From the NCBI GenBank assembly GCA_019828565.1, contig JAHDYR010000012.1, positions 868,001-932,000 of the forward strand: a stretch of DNA of 64,000 nucleotides, written 5' to 3'. Under the pieces are notes generated by a model, which saw only the letters and a list, made by a program, of their open reading frames with translations, searched no databases and was not told the DNA's origin. The stretch is from Carpediemonas membranifera BICM. Its lineage: Eukaryota; Protista; Fornicata. This document shows positions 1 through 10,837 of the stretch, piece after piece. The translations under genes were made by a program, and so were the position numbers. How positions within the stretch are numbered: the stretch's first letter is position 1; every line of letters begins with the position of its first letter.

Positions 1-267
1 AGTCCGACCTCTCTGAGGGCGAGCTCGCCTACTTCGCCGCTACAGACCAAGAGGAATGGTACGTTGAACGGATCGTCAAGTCCAAGCCCGGCTTCCTGCG
101 CGTCAAGTGGCTCGGTAGCTCCGAGCTGTCCTGGGAGCCCATCGACGCCGTCCGCCACACTCCCGCCGCCAAGAAGTTCTTAGCCGCTCACCCCGAGCTG
201 CTCAGGGAGGGCAGTGACGCATCACCTGATTAAAACGAATTCTCGAATACCCGTCGTTTACGCCACA
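1..267 (+). mobile_element. Gypsy chromovirus E1, 3' end with PPT and probable 3' LTR (about 215-267)
   Basis: PPT AGGGAGGGCAG (204-214) directly followed by TG, as in E3-E6; candidate end ...GCCACA at 267; partner LTR is outside the window, so the right boundary is uncertain. Confidence 0.6.
3..233 (+). CDS. 3' end of Gypsy pol, integrase C-terminal chromodomain (element E1, partial)
   Basis: Manual translation SDLSEGELAYFAATDQEEWYVERIVKSKPGFLRVKWLGSSELSWEPIDAVRHTPAAKKFLAAHPELLREGSDASPD* has the chromodomain pattern (W.VE.I...VKW.G....WEP) and resembles the C-termini of the other Gypsy ORFs here. Confidence 0.85.
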   Translation, partial: SDLSEGELAYFAATDQEEWYVERIVKSKPGFLRVKWLGSSELSWEPIDAVRHTPAAKKFLAAHPELLREGSDASPD

Positions 268-577
268 AGAGCAGTAAGAGACCGGGGCATACGAGCTGAT
301 TACCGGTCCTGGACCGGTTGAGTGCCCCTTTGGGGGGTATTTTGACCAAGTCGGAAAGCTTCGAAATGGTTCAATGACGGTGGTGTAGTGCGGTAATGTG
401 GCTTAGAAACCGTTGTTGAGGGTGAAACGTCTTGATTAAATGACATTTGTTGTGTTTGTCTGCTTCTGGATGGTTCTTCAGCTCCAGAAATAAAGTGTTG
501 TGTGAATGAGAATAAACGAGGGCCTTTGGGGCCGTTTCATGAGTGATTTGTGATTGTTTTGGCGGCTTTATGTACAC

Positions 578-3500
578 TTACGCTTGCCAGCCTTTCTTTT
601 TGATGTATCTGTTGATCTTTGGTGCCTCTGAGGGGTGGGACTTGAGATATGAGTCAAGGGCCTCGAGACGTGAGTTTGCGTTGTTGAGCGGGATGTCACT
701 GTCCTCGGCCGTCTCGTAGCCGAGCCAGTGGACTCGCAGGTTGTAACCGCGGCTCGTCTTGATCACATCCACAATGCTTTCGACAATGTACTCGTCCTCG
801 CCCTCGGCTTGGAGTTGGAGTAGCTCGGCGTCGCTGAGCGTGCCGCGTATGAATGGCTTCAGGCGATGAGTGGCGACTGTCATGGCGGCCTCAGGGTCAG
901 ATAGGGCCTCAATCGTCGTGGTGTTCGAGACAGTGCCCGGGCCACGTACCTTGAAGGGGCCGCGGTAAGGCCGTTGGAGCTTGCTGAACTTGATTCGTTT
1001 GAGCAGGACGAGGGAGCCAGCCTGGGGTGCCCAGTGTCCCGTGGGTGCCTTGCGCTTGGCTGCTGTGGTGTATTGAGCGATGTTGTCGCGTACCGCACGC
1101 AGTATGCCCGTCAAATCCTCTCTTCTGGCCTCATAGTGCGTGTGTTCGAGGTGGGGAAAAGGATATTGAGTGGAGTGCGTCCCGTCGTCGATGATGCGGT
1201 GTTGTTGATGATGAGCTCGACTTGGGGAAGTAGATCAACCCAGTCGCCGTGGTTGAGCAGTGGTGTGAGGTGCTTGACGATCTCTGCGTTCATTCGCTCT
1301 ACTATGCCATTGGCTTGCGGCCTGTATGGAACTGAGAAGCGGTGGTTGAGCGTGAGCCTCTTCGTCAACTCGGCAACGAGCTTATTGTCATACTGCGGGC
1401 CGTGATCGGTCTGGATGGCGCTCGGAACGCCAAAACGGCCGCAGAATTGGTAAATGCTCTTCGCGGCACTCGCAGCATCCGTAGTGTGTGCCGGGAATAG
1501 TGAGACGTGCTTGCTGAAGCCGTCTACTGCTGCAATGATATATTTTGACCCGTCAGCCGACTCAGGAAGTGGGCCGAGTGTGTCAATAAAGACGACCTCG
1601 AACGGGTTGGCGGGCTGAGTGCTGTGGTATGGGACGTCCGTGTCGGCGCTGCGCCTCAGCTGACAGGTGGGGCACGCTTGGATGAACTTCTTTGCGTCTG
1701 ACTGCATCCCCGACCAGTTGTGTCCACCGGCGCGGATGGCCTGTACGGTCCGCCGGATGCCATGGTGACCGACAGCGTCGTTGTGCGCACCTTGCAGGAT
1801 GTGCTGGTGGCTGTCGTCGAGCGCGGAGACCTCTGCGTCGGTCTGAGGAAGGGCGCGGGAGAGAGTGTCCGCAACGACGTTCGACGCGCCCTCAATGTGG
1901 ACGATCGTGGGGTTGTAGTCGCTCAGGATCATCTTCCATCGCGCGATCTTCGCGTTCGAGGCTGACTTTCGGAACAGGTAAGTGAGGTTCCTGTGGTCCG
2001 TGAAGACCTTCCAGTCTTGTTTCAACCGTAGGATAGCGGAGAAGTCCGGACGCGTGAGTGTATATAGGATCGCATAGAGTTCCTTCTCGTACGTCGTCCA
2101 GCGTGTTTGCGGGCCCGTCAGCTTTTTGCTAACGAAAGTGAGGATCTGACGAGTCTCGCCCTTGAGTTGGAAAATGACGCCGCCAATCCCGTAATCACTC
2201 GCATCGGTATAAACCTCCCAGGGGAGCGACGGGTCGGGATGTGTGAGTTCGATGTGCTTGGTAATGGCGGCTTTCAGGGCCTGCAGTGCGGCGTCTTGCT
2301 CGTCAGTCCACGTGAGGCGGGTTTGTTTCGCACCGGTCATGAGTCGGGTGAGGGGCTCCATCAGCGTTGCGCTAAAGGGGATGAATGACCGCAGGTAGTT
2401 GAATTTTCCCACGATTCGGCGTAGCTCCGTGACGGTCTGGGGGACCGTGAGCTCCTTGAGGGCGGCGATCCTGTCCGGGTCGATGCGGATGCCGTCAGCG
2501 GAGAGGATGAAGCCCACGACCTTGACGGATCGGCTGCCGATCGTGCACTTCTCGGCGCTGAGGCGTAGGTTCGCGTCCTTGAGGAGTTGTAGTGTCTTTT
2601 GGAGACAAGCGAGGAATTCAGCCTTTGTGCGGCCATATAGCAGTATGTCGTCGATGTAAACCGCCGCGCCTCGGTGGAGTACGGGTGCGAGGACTTTCTG
2701 CATAGCTCGCTGGAAGGCCGCGGGGGCTGTTTTGATTCCGAAGGGTACGCGGCAGAATTCCACGTAGTCGTCCGGGGTGACAGTTGCTGTGAGTGCGATA
2801 TCATCAGGGTGGACTCGCATCTGGTGATAACCTGAGCGCAGGTCTAACGAGGCGAAATACTGAGCGCCGGCCGCCTCCCTGGCAAACAGTCGTAAGTCGG
2901 GGAGGGGGAAATGATCATCCTGGATGTACGCATTGATTCGGGTGTAGTCAACGCACACGCGGATCTTCCCAGACTTGTGGCCGTGCTTAACGATCACGAT
3001 GGGGGCAGAGAAAGGGCCTTCGGAGTCTCGAACGATACCTTGCGAGCGCCAGCGCTGGATTTCAGCATGTACTTGCGCTCTGAGAGCTGGATCAGCGATA
3101 GGGCGTGGCTTCGCCTGTATGAGGACGTCATCCGTGAGCCTGATGTGGAGAGGATCGAGCTTGGAACCTTCTGAGGGCAGCTCAGGCTCGAATACTTGTG
3201 AATGCTCTCGGAGAAGGGGCAGAATGTCCTCCTTGAGCTCCGGGACTGTTACTGCTTCATATCCTCGGGGTGCAACGTTGTCGACGGCTATATCGTCATC
3301 GTCGTCGGCTGAAACAGCGGTATCGGATGGGAACGACAGGCTCAGGGAATCTTCGGTGAGGATCCCAAGTCTGCGGAGTACGTCCGTTCCTAATAGGAAC
3401 TTTGGCACATCTCCTGGAATAATGAGGGCCAGTAGCGAGATCTCAGTGTCGTAGCCCGCGGGCCTGGGCAGGGCAACGGTAACTCGGAGGTATCTGTCGC

Positions 3501-4617
3501 TAGTGAATGAGTCGCCGGTTGCGACAGCTGCGGAGGTCTTTCTGCCTGTGACGACTTCGCAGCTCGTGCGTTGGTATAAATGCTCTGCTAAACCACTCGA
3601 AACGCATGTGACTCCCGCCCCCGTATCAATAACAATCGGATACTCCAGGCCATTTATATGGCCGTTCAGGGTGAGCGGGCCCTGCTGGGGGGTGTGCGCG
3701 TCGACTGTGTCTACACGCTCCTTACGGGGAGGATTGGGGCGCAGACGGCCGTTGTCACGCGTGAACTTGGGTTTGAAGGCAGGCTTCTCGGCAGTCGGAC
3801 ACTCGGAATTCCAGTGGTTGCCACCGCACTTCTCACAGGGAGCAGGAGGGGCGCGGTTGCCCGGATTGACGTCGTTTGCTCGGGCTGGGGGTGCGGTGTT
3901 CTTCTTGACAGCAGGCTTCTTAGGCTTGGAAGGGGCCTCATCGTCGTTGTCCGCGTCCTTCTTCTGCTTGATGGGAACGAGCTCGTAGCCCTTGATCAGG
4001 GCAGTCTGGGCAAGCTCGTCTTCTTCATCGGCGGCCTCGAGGGCGAGAGTGATGGTGTCTTCGAGCGAGAGGGTGGTGGCGACCGCTAATTCGGTCTTCA
4101 GGCGTACGGCGCGTTGTAGGGGGTACGGGCGCAGGTTGCTGATGAAGATCTTGGCGGCCTTCTTCTCAGGCTTGTCGACCTTCTCGTCGTCATCGTCATC
4201 GGTGTCGTCCTCCTCCGGTTGTTCCTCATCGGGGAAATCTACCTCAGTGCGGGAGGCGTAGACGGCGCGGAATTGCGTGGCAAATAAACGGACGGTGCCT
4301 CGACGAGTGACTTTGGGCGGAGCGAGCGTGGGCATGGTGCAGCGAGTGTGCTGGAGTTCTCTGACCCACTCGTCGGCGTTGCGGGGAGCAACAAGAGCGT
4401 CGAGGGCTTCGGAGACCTGGTCATCAGAGAGGTCTTGGATTTTTGCGTCAGTCTGTCTCTCAACGGCGTCAATATACGTCTCATCAAGGAAGACTCGGTA
4501 GTTCGCATTGGGGAAGAAGACTTTCAGTCTGTCAACTTCTTGGCGATAGGCTTTCACCCCGGAGCGGGTGAGCTCGCGGAGCTTAGGGAAATTGCTGGTG
4601 CTGATATTGCTGAACAT
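578..4617 (-). CDS. E2 Gag-Pol polyprotein (CCHC, aspartic protease, RT, RNase H, integrase, chromodomain); 1-bp frameshift near 1155
   Basis: CEKCGGNHWNSEC, IDTGA, YIDD, YTDAS, HHCC zinc motif, DTLGP/TDHG/VER integrase core; ORF 578-1114 carries the GPF motif and chromodomain; the frames join if one C is added in the TTTTCCCC run. Confidence 0.93.
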
Positions 4618-4645
4618 GGTGGTTGTTGTGGACTAGTTTTAAAAC

Positions 4646-4790
4646 TGTGCCGTGCCTTTGGGGCGTGCTAGCAAAACCTGGTGAGGAAGTATTTAATAGA
4701 TTGCGATACGGTGCCGCGGGCCAGCCGGGACCGTATCGTATCGGCTAAAAATAAATACTGATCGAGCCTAGAGTGGCATCAGCCATGACA
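4646..4790 (-). repeat. Probable 5' LTR of E2, with an internal hairpin CGATACGGT...ACCGTATCG
   Basis: Starts with TG on + right at the 4635-4646 palindrome, same geometry as E3/E4/E6; distal CA end ambiguous (4778-4790). Confidence 0.5.
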
Positions 4791-5278
4791 ATGGTCTCGC
4801 CACGATTCTTCTTTCGGTTGCCTCTGCCGGACAGAGGATCCGCCTGCAGTGTGTAAGTTCTCTTGTGCCAGCCTACCAGCGTATGGGGATGTCCATCTCC
4901 AAGCAAAAGTCCACGATGGAGTACCTGGATGATGCGAAACTGGTGACCATGGAGGCAACATACGGCCCGAACAAGTGGACGAAGCTCGGTGAGAGTCTCG
5001 TTGCTTGCCATGGATATGCCATGAAGTCCTGGAGGGCTCCCTCGTCCGTCGACTACGGTACGGCTTTCACTTCTGTGGACCAGGTCCAGCCTCCCCCAAA
5101 GAGAACCCAAGCCACCCAACCCACCCTGCCCACCAAGCCCTCGGACAAGCTCAACCGCTACATTAAGCGTCTGAGGAAGAGTGTTACCCCGCACCCGACG
5201 CGCAAGAAGCAACGTGAGATAATCATCGCCCTTTACGACAGCAACCGAAGGGATTTGGTCCAAAAAGATCGTGGATAA
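4772..5278 (+). pseudogene. 3' fragment of an unknown gene, cut by E2
   Basis: Frame open from about 4772 (SGISHDNGLATILL...) through ORF 4865-5278, with no ATG at its 5' end. Confidence 0.45.
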
Positions 5279-5401
5279 GAGATCAAAGATGCGTAAGGAT
5301 TACCAGAAAGAGAACTATTTCGAGGAAGAGTGGTACCATCTGCTGTCTGAGAAGGAAGATGAGGAAGAGAATGAAGATTAAATGAAGAAGCAGTCGATTT
5401 A

Positions 5402-6088
5402 TTACTCATTTGAGTTGACGTTAGCTGCGTGGAAGAGCAGGAGGCTCGCGTAAACGGGTATACGCAGAACATCACGAGCCTCTGCAGCGGCACGGGCAGC
5501 GTTCCTCTTCTCAATCACAGCGGCGAGGTCCTTGAAGGTCTTCGAGTGCTTCTTGAGGACAAGCTGCGGACGCTCGAAGATGAGCTTAGAGTCCTTGCGG
5601 CACACACTCTCCAGAAGGACCTCTCTGACCTTGTCGACAGAGATACCAAGCCTCTGGGCGACGAAGGCGTAAGCGCGGGGGCGGACCGACTGAGGGATGC
5701 CGTGGAACAGCTCGCGGTACTCACGGACAGTTGCCAAGAGAGGGCTGCCATGGTCGACCTCATCTCCTTCGGCGTCCAGGCTGATGAGGGCCCTGAAGCG
5801 CTTCTCCTTGGCCTCAGAAGACTCGCCCTTGAACTGCGCCATGATCTTCTCGATGCTGTCGAGAGTACGGAACTCCGCTTCATCCCTAAGATCCTCCGGA
5901 ACGAATGTGGGGAGGTCATTGGGGCGTCTGTCAACCACCTCATTGCAAATGCGGTTTCCGGTGGCGACATCGGCAGCGGAGATGCTTCCAGCAGCGTGCT
6001 CCTTCTCTAAGTAAGTAGAAATCATTTCCACAGCGTTTAGACGCTTTCTGCCCTTGCTCTTAGCAGAATTACTCCGTTTCGGAGGCAT
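5402..6088 (-). CDS. Hypothetical helical protein with a basic NLS-like N-terminus
   Basis: 228-aa ATG ORF (MPPKRSNSAKSKGRKR...), coding-like composition, AT-rich flanks. Confidence 0.65.
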   Translation of the reverse strand: MPPKRSNSAKSKGRKRLNAVEMISTYLEKEHAAGSISAADVATGNRICNEVVDRRPNDLPTFVPEDLRDEAEFRTLDSIEKIMAQFKGESSEAKEKRFRALISLDAEGDEVDHGSPLLATVREYRELFHGIPQSVRPRAYAFVAQRLGISVDKVREVLLESVCRKDSKLIFERPQLVLKKHSKTFKDLAAVIEKRNAARAAAEARDVLRIPVYASLLLFHAANVNSNE

Positions 6089-6472
6089 AACGTTTCTTCA
6101 AGGTGCACTTTATGCTCGCAACGAAATTAGAAAACCAAACGAAGAAAGGAGAAGAGTATCGATCCTCAAACGCTGGCAAGCATGTGTATATCACTAAAAC
6201 AACATCATGAGAGCTCTGTGGCCTCGAATGGCCTGTAATAGAACCTAAACAACATCAACAATTGTAACTCGTCGAGGAAGCGTTGAGATGAACTATAAAC
6301 GCGGGAATGGATCAAACAATGGATTTAAGAGTGGCATACAAATGGCTAGAGTCTCCCGGGAGATACCCTGGAGATACTCCAAAAAGTGCAAGAAAAAATG
6401 AGATTCACTAGAATCTGCATTTCACATATTTCACAAGAATGAAATGAGAAGCAAAGCTAGTGAATGTCATTT

Positions 6473-6697
6473 TTACTTGTCCCTCATCGTCTGTATGGCA
6501 TCTATAAACAAATCGCGTATCTCTTGCAGCAGAAACTCTGTGTCATTCACCTTTTTGTTGATTTCTTCTTCCTTTCGCAAGCCCTGAGCAGTTTTTCGGA
6601 TTATTTGGTAAGAATCTTGTACTTTGGCAACTTCCACGAGCCCTGACGTTACCGTTTCTACCTTTTGGTGGCTAGTTGCTCGAATCATGATCGACAA
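6473..6697 (-). CDS. Small coiled-coil-like hypothetical protein or exon
   Basis: 74-aa ORF with charged amphipathic sequence; non-ATG start, possibly spliced. Confidence 0.35.
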   Translation of the reverse strand: MSIMIRATSHQKVETVTSGLVEVAKVQDSYQIIRKTAQGLRKEEEINKKVNDTEFLLQEIRDLFIDAIQTMRDK

Positions 6698-6783
6698 ATG
6701 TCGCAGTTTTAGGTATTGTCAATGCCAGGAGTCTACGTAAATAGACAAATGTAACAACGTAAACAGCTTGGATAGAAATTCTC

Positions 6784-8007
6784 ATGAATTCAGAAGTGTC
6801 TGTACCAGAACCTATTGCTGCTACGCCCCCCATCAGACAGTATGGCAACAGTAAGCTCGCAAATCTCCGTCGTTCATTTGTTACAGCCGTTGTTTCTTCA
6901 GTATTTGAGGACGACGAGGCAACTGACCTCGGCTTGAGTGCACGCGACATCCATAAGGTACTTCTGGAGGTCCAGCGCAGGGTCGCCGCCGAATGCCCTG
7001 GGTTCAAGTCAATTGAACTCCGGGAACAGGTCAGGCGGACGACTGTTGTCGGCGTTACTACGTTTATAACAGCAGTTAGACCCTCTGCGGAGTACAATGG
7101 CTCTGTCATGCAGCACATTGCTGTCCGTAGTCAGCCCTGCCATGCCGAGTTCCGCCAGATGCTCTCAGAAGTTCTCTCAGATGCTGGACTGAACGATGTT
7201 TCCGACTCAATCAGCCTTGAGAACTTGCCTGTGATCAACCGGGTGAGATATAAGCCTGTCAAGCAAAAGGCAACGGTCAAATCGACCCCGACTACGATGA
7301 TCAAGGCAGAGATCCCACCGATACGGTCGACTACGCAACTGTCTTCACTTGGTGTTGGTGATGAAGCAGACACACCTCAGTCAACGACAGATCGATCGGT
7401 GCCGGTTCGGAAGAAGATCGTCTTTGACGACGAGGAAGCCAAGCGACCCAGGCTTGGTGACGACGATCTGCAGCAGGTGTCTAACAACGTGTCCGATGCT
7501 GTTGTTGACCGTATTAAGGTCCTGATCAACGACGTTGTCTCAGAGACCCGTGTGAGAGACCCGCCTACCGAACCCGAGACATGTAAGACGACTTTCCTTA
7601 GCCTTCATCAGCGCAAAATGCTATTTGGATGTCTTGTATGTGGTACCCCCGAGTGGTTCTTCAATCCAGACGGCACTACGTTCAGGAGATGCTGTGCTTG
7701 CAAAGGTTTCCTGCACGAGCAATGTGTCAGGACGAAGGGCAAGAAGGACTACTGTCCCGCGTGCTATATTACCGGCTCTAGCAACAAGTGCCAGGCGTGC
7801 AAAAAGGGCCTAAGATCCAAGAACACGAAGAAAGCAGAAGAACAGGCTTCTACTCTTCTTTGCTGCCGAGGCTGTCACTGGTGGTACTGTGAGCATTGCT
7901 CTGAGGAAGTGCAGTACACCATTGATGGCAAGTTGTACATCGTTCCCCTCTGCAGCAAATGTAAGGTTGTCTATAAGCGAGTAGAGGGCATGAGACCGAT
8001 TGTTTAG
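6784..8007 (+). CDS. Protein with C-terminal tandem PHD-like zinc fingers
   Basis: CLVC...CCAC...HEQC...YCPAC (C4HC3), followed by CQAC...CCRGC..WYCEHC...CSKC. Confidence 0.8.
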   Translation: MNSEVSVPEPIAATPPIRQYGNSKLANLRRSFVTAVVSSVFEDDEATDLGLSARDIHKVLLEVQRRVAAECPGFKSIELREQVRRTTVVGVTTFITAVRPSAEYNGSVMQHIAVRSQPCHAEFRQMLSEVLSDAGLNDVSDSISLENLPVINRVRYKPVKQKATVKSTPTTMIKAEIPPIRSTTQLSSLGVGDEADTPQSTTDRSVPVRKKIVFDDEEAKRPRLGDDDLQQVSNNVSDAVVDRIKVLINDVVSETRVRDPPTEPETCKTTFLSLHQRKMLFGCLVCGTPEWFFNPDGTTFRRCCACKGFLHEQCVRTKGKKDYCPACYITGSSNKCQACKKGLRSKNTKKAEEQASTLLCCRGCHWWYCEHCSEEVQYTIDGKLYIVPLCSKCKVVYKRVEGMRPIV

Positions 8008-8050
8008 TGTTTAGTGAGAGATGATCATAAATTGTATATATATCTGTTTA

Positions 8051-9145
8051 CTACACGTCTCTCTCAAGCGCACGGGTCATCATGCTTATGTATCGATCAT
8101 TCATAAGTCTTCTCTGGTCGGTTCTTAACGGGTCATACTCGTTGACATCAGAAACGATGTCTTGCATTTCAGGAAGAGGAATGGGCCGGGCATAGCTAGT
8201 CTCAGACATGATGACCCTGGCCTCGTTGGGAAATGACAAGGAACCATTGGCTATAATCCGTCTTCCTGCTGAGCCAGGCGCGAAACGATAGCCAGAGAAG
8301 TACTTCGTCAGAAAGAAAAGAGGATTGTCGAGGCATGTCACGCGGTAGAGCCAATAGGCGTCCTGGAGAACAAGCTCATGCGCCAGAACCTTCTCAGGAG
8401 TGAGGATAATGCATGTGTTCTTGTACTTGGCTGTCGAAATAGCACTGCACAGCTGAGACTCCTCAGATCTGTCGAGTCCGGAGCAGGTGGCAAAGTAAAT
8501 CAGACGCACACGCGTCGATCTCACCAAGGAAGGGCTCTCGAATGACCTGAGGATGAGCTGGACCAGATCATGGTGATACAGAAACTCGTTCGTAGACGTA
8601 TCAATGATCATACGCGACGTTTCTGTATCAGAATGACCCGATATCACCCAGTAAGTGTCGAAGTTAGAGTACTGCGACGCCAACTCCTCAAGTACCTCGG
8701 CCAGATGGGACGTAGACTTAAAGGTGCGGGCAACGGCAGTCAGCCACTCATCATCAACGAGCTCTAGAGCCGTCTTGAGCTTGAAATGATAGCCAGATGA
8801 GTTGGCAAGACTTTCCACGCGGAAGACGGGGTAGGGCTGAGTCGGGGTCTCGAAACCATGCAGCGGCTCGATGGTGATTAGCACCCGTCGGTTAATCAAC
8901 TTCTCTGTTGTAAAAGGACACTCGTGAGAGGAAGAAGACTTGAAACCGATCCCGCGATGTCCACGCCTGAGCTGAACCTTACCACAGACACATTCAAAGA
9001 CTTCTTGGTCCTTACTGATGCGTCGCGTGCCGAATTCTCCGTATTTCTCGTCCATTTGCAATGTGCCATTTTTTTTCATGAATGGCACATTTTGATTTGA
9101 AGCAAAGGACAAGCTTTTGATCCAAGTAAAGAGGTATACCTTCAT
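8051..9145 (-). CDS. Hypothetical protein, possible caspase/CHAT-fold cysteine protease
   Basis: 364 aa; hydrophobic strand + SGHS and, about 50 aa later, hydrophobic strand + FATCS, like the His/Cys dyad of the caspase-hemoglobinase fold; N-terminal CxC...HxC. Confidence 0.55.
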   Translation of the reverse strand: MKVYLFTWIKSLSFASNQNVPFMKKNGTLQMDEKYGEFGTRRISKDQEVFECVCGKVQLRRGHRGIGFKSSSSHECPFTTEKLINRRVLITIEPLHGFETPTQPYPVFRVESLANSSGYHFKLKTALELVDDEWLTAVARTFKSTSHLAEVLEELASQYSNFDTYWVISGHSDTETSRMIIDTSTNEFLYHHDLVQLILRSFESPSLVRSTRVRLIYFATCSGLDRSEESQLCSAISTAKYKNTCIILTPEKVLAHELVLQDAYWLYRVTCLDNPLFFLTKYFSGYRFAPGSAGRRIIANGSLSFPNEARVIMSETSYARPIPLPEMQDIVSDVNEYDPLRTDQRRLMNDRYISMMTRALERDV

Positions 9146-9249
9146 TGCTACACTATTTATGCATGCTACTGCAGTATTGTTCGGATCTGATCAGCGATGC
9201 GCCTGTTCTTCGGATCGGGAGTTGCGAGAAAAAAAAAGAGAACGAAGAT

Positions 9250-9572
9250 ATGGCGAGAAGAAAGATGCCCGCAAGGAAGCAGCAACCGGTAGGTAAGAGA
9301 AGGACTCAAAATCCACCCAACAAGACTTTTGAGTCATCTGCTTCTCCGCAGGATCAACGTCCTGCGGAAACGACTGTAACGGCAGCATCACCTCCTCCTC
9401 CGCCTCCCGAGTCGCCTTCCCATTCATCCAGCTCGTCTGAAGCCGAGGAGGACTCCGTCGAGGGGTCCGTCATGCACGTCCACCCTAGGTGGACGCATGT
9501 TTACCCGGGTTCAGACCTGCAGGACGTCAAGCGGCTGATTTCGGATGAGATAAGCCTTCAGGCCATTCCTGC
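9250..9572 (+). pseudogene. 5'-only copy of the SET gene, truncated at the inversion breakpoint
   Basis: Near-identical to the N-terminus of 9785-10735 up to ...LQAIPA, then unrelated sequence. Confidence 0.85.
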
Positions 9573-9574
9573 CC

Positions 9575-9754
9575 ATCCAGGATGCGACGCTGGACAAGAT
9601 CTTAGGTCTTTGTGAGAGCATGAAGCTCACTCAGTTCATCGTCATCGAGAATCGTCATGCCTGTGTCTACAGTCTTCCGGACCGCAAGCGCAAGGCAGCT
9701 GCCGCAGAGCCCGAGAAGCGTGCTACTCGTCCGGAGGATGTCACCCGCTCATAA
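9575..9754 (+). pseudogene. 3' remnant of another gene convergent with SET
   Basis: Manual translation IQDATLDKILGLCESMKLTQFIVIENRHACVYSLPDRKRKAAAAEPEKRATRPEDVTRS*, stopping 30 bp from the SET stop. Confidence 0.55.
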
Positions 9755-9784
9755 ATGATTGATTGAATTGATATCTCTTCAAGT

Positions 9785-10735
9785 TTATTCACTCTTGCCT
9801 TGAGTCATGCGCGCAGTGTGGAAGCGCTTACGGGCGGGGTTGGACTTGGTCTTCCGCTTGCGGGGCTGCGGCTTGACCTGCAGTATTTTGAACTGCTCCA
9901 CCTTTCGAGCGAGGTAGTGAGGGTCATCTATGGCGAGACTCTTGAAGCGAGCAACCGGGTGCTCCTCTTCATCGGCCTCAAAGTAGGTCTCGCCATAATC
10001 GATGCGCAAGAACTCGCCGCGAACGATGTTGGCAGTGGCCCTGACCGATATCACTGGCAGGCCATCCACCAAGACGTCCACGAACTCACAGTTGACATCG
10101 TCAGGGCTGTGGTTAATCAGGTGGACACCCGCTGTGGCCGACATGGCATCGACGGCGACCTGACTGTCAGCGAATGACATGCTGTGTAATGGTAATGGAA
10201 TATGCGAAACAAACACCATCTGGCCGTTGTTGCTGGCCGTCTCAGCATCGGGAATCAGCTTCCCGAAGTATATGCCGAGACATGTGCCAGCTGAGATATC
10301 CTCAGTGGCAATCATGCCTCGGCCGACGCTCTGCGTCCGATTGAGGGCCGGATGGTCGGGCTCCTGGGTCAGACGGGGGTCGCAACGGGTCTCGGATGAG
10401 ATCCAGGCCGGAGCAGGAATGGCCTGAAGGCTTATCTCATCCGAAATCAGCCGCTTGACGTCCTGCAGGTCTGAACCCGGGTAAACATGCGTCCACCTAG
10501 GGTGGACGTGCATGACGGACCCCTCGACGGAGTCCTCCTCGGCTTCAGACGAGCTGGATGAATGGGAAGGCGACTCGGGAGGCGGAGGAGGAGGTGATGC
10601 TGCCGTTACAGTCGTTTCCGCAGGACGTTGATCCTGCGGAGAAGCAGATGACTCAAAAGTCTTGTTGGGTGGATTTTGAGTCCTTCTCTTACCTACCGGT
10701 TGCTGCTTCCTTGCGGACATCTTTCTTCTCGCCAT
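9785..10735 (-). CDS. SET-domain lysine methyltransferase
   Basis: GRGMIATEDISAGTCLGIYFG, LINHS, ATANIVRGEFLRIDYGETYF are canonical SET motifs; ATG at 10735 (MARRKM...). Confidence 0.92.
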   Translation of the reverse strand: MARRKMSARKQQPVGKRRTQNPPNKTFESSASPQDQRPAETTVTAASPPPPPPESPSHSSSSSEAEEDSVEGSVMHVHPRWTHVYPGSDLQDVKRLISDEISLQAIPAPAWISSETRCDPRLTQEPDHPALNRTQSVGRGMIATEDISAGTCLGIYFGKLIPDAETASNNGQMVFVSHIPLPLHSMSFADSQVAVDAMSATAGVHLINHSPDDVNCEFVDVLVDGLPVISVRATANIVRGEFLRIDYGETYFEADEEEHPVARFKSLAIDDPHYLARKVEQFKILQVKPQPRKRKTKSNPARKRFHTARMTQGKSE

Positions 10736-10837
10736 ATCTTCGTTCTCTTTTTTTCTCGCAACTCCCGATCCGAAGAACAGGCGCATCGCTGATCAGATCC
10801 GAACAATACTGCAGTAGCATGCATAAATAGTGTAGCA

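Larger units (their letters stand above)
268..4790 (-). mobile_element. Gypsy chromovirus E2 (3' LTR not seen; probably separated by the E1 insertion)
   Basis: gag-pol ORF, candidate 5' LTR at 4646 to about 4778-4790, palindrome at the LTR boundary; no matching second LTR within 268-577. Confidence 0.75.

Noticed and set aside
296-330. Hammerhead ribozyme
   Set aside because: CTGATTA does not match CUGANGA and no GAAA follows the stem
268-4645. E2 as an LTR-less Gypsy element
   Set aside because: A plausible 5' LTR with the diagnostic palindrome is present; the 3' LTR is probably displaced outside the window by E1
4704-4771. Hairpin plus CTAG as a canonical Helitron 3' end
   Set aside because: The hairpin is about 30 nt from CTAG, the next base is A rather than T, and the segment sits where the E2 5' LTR is expected
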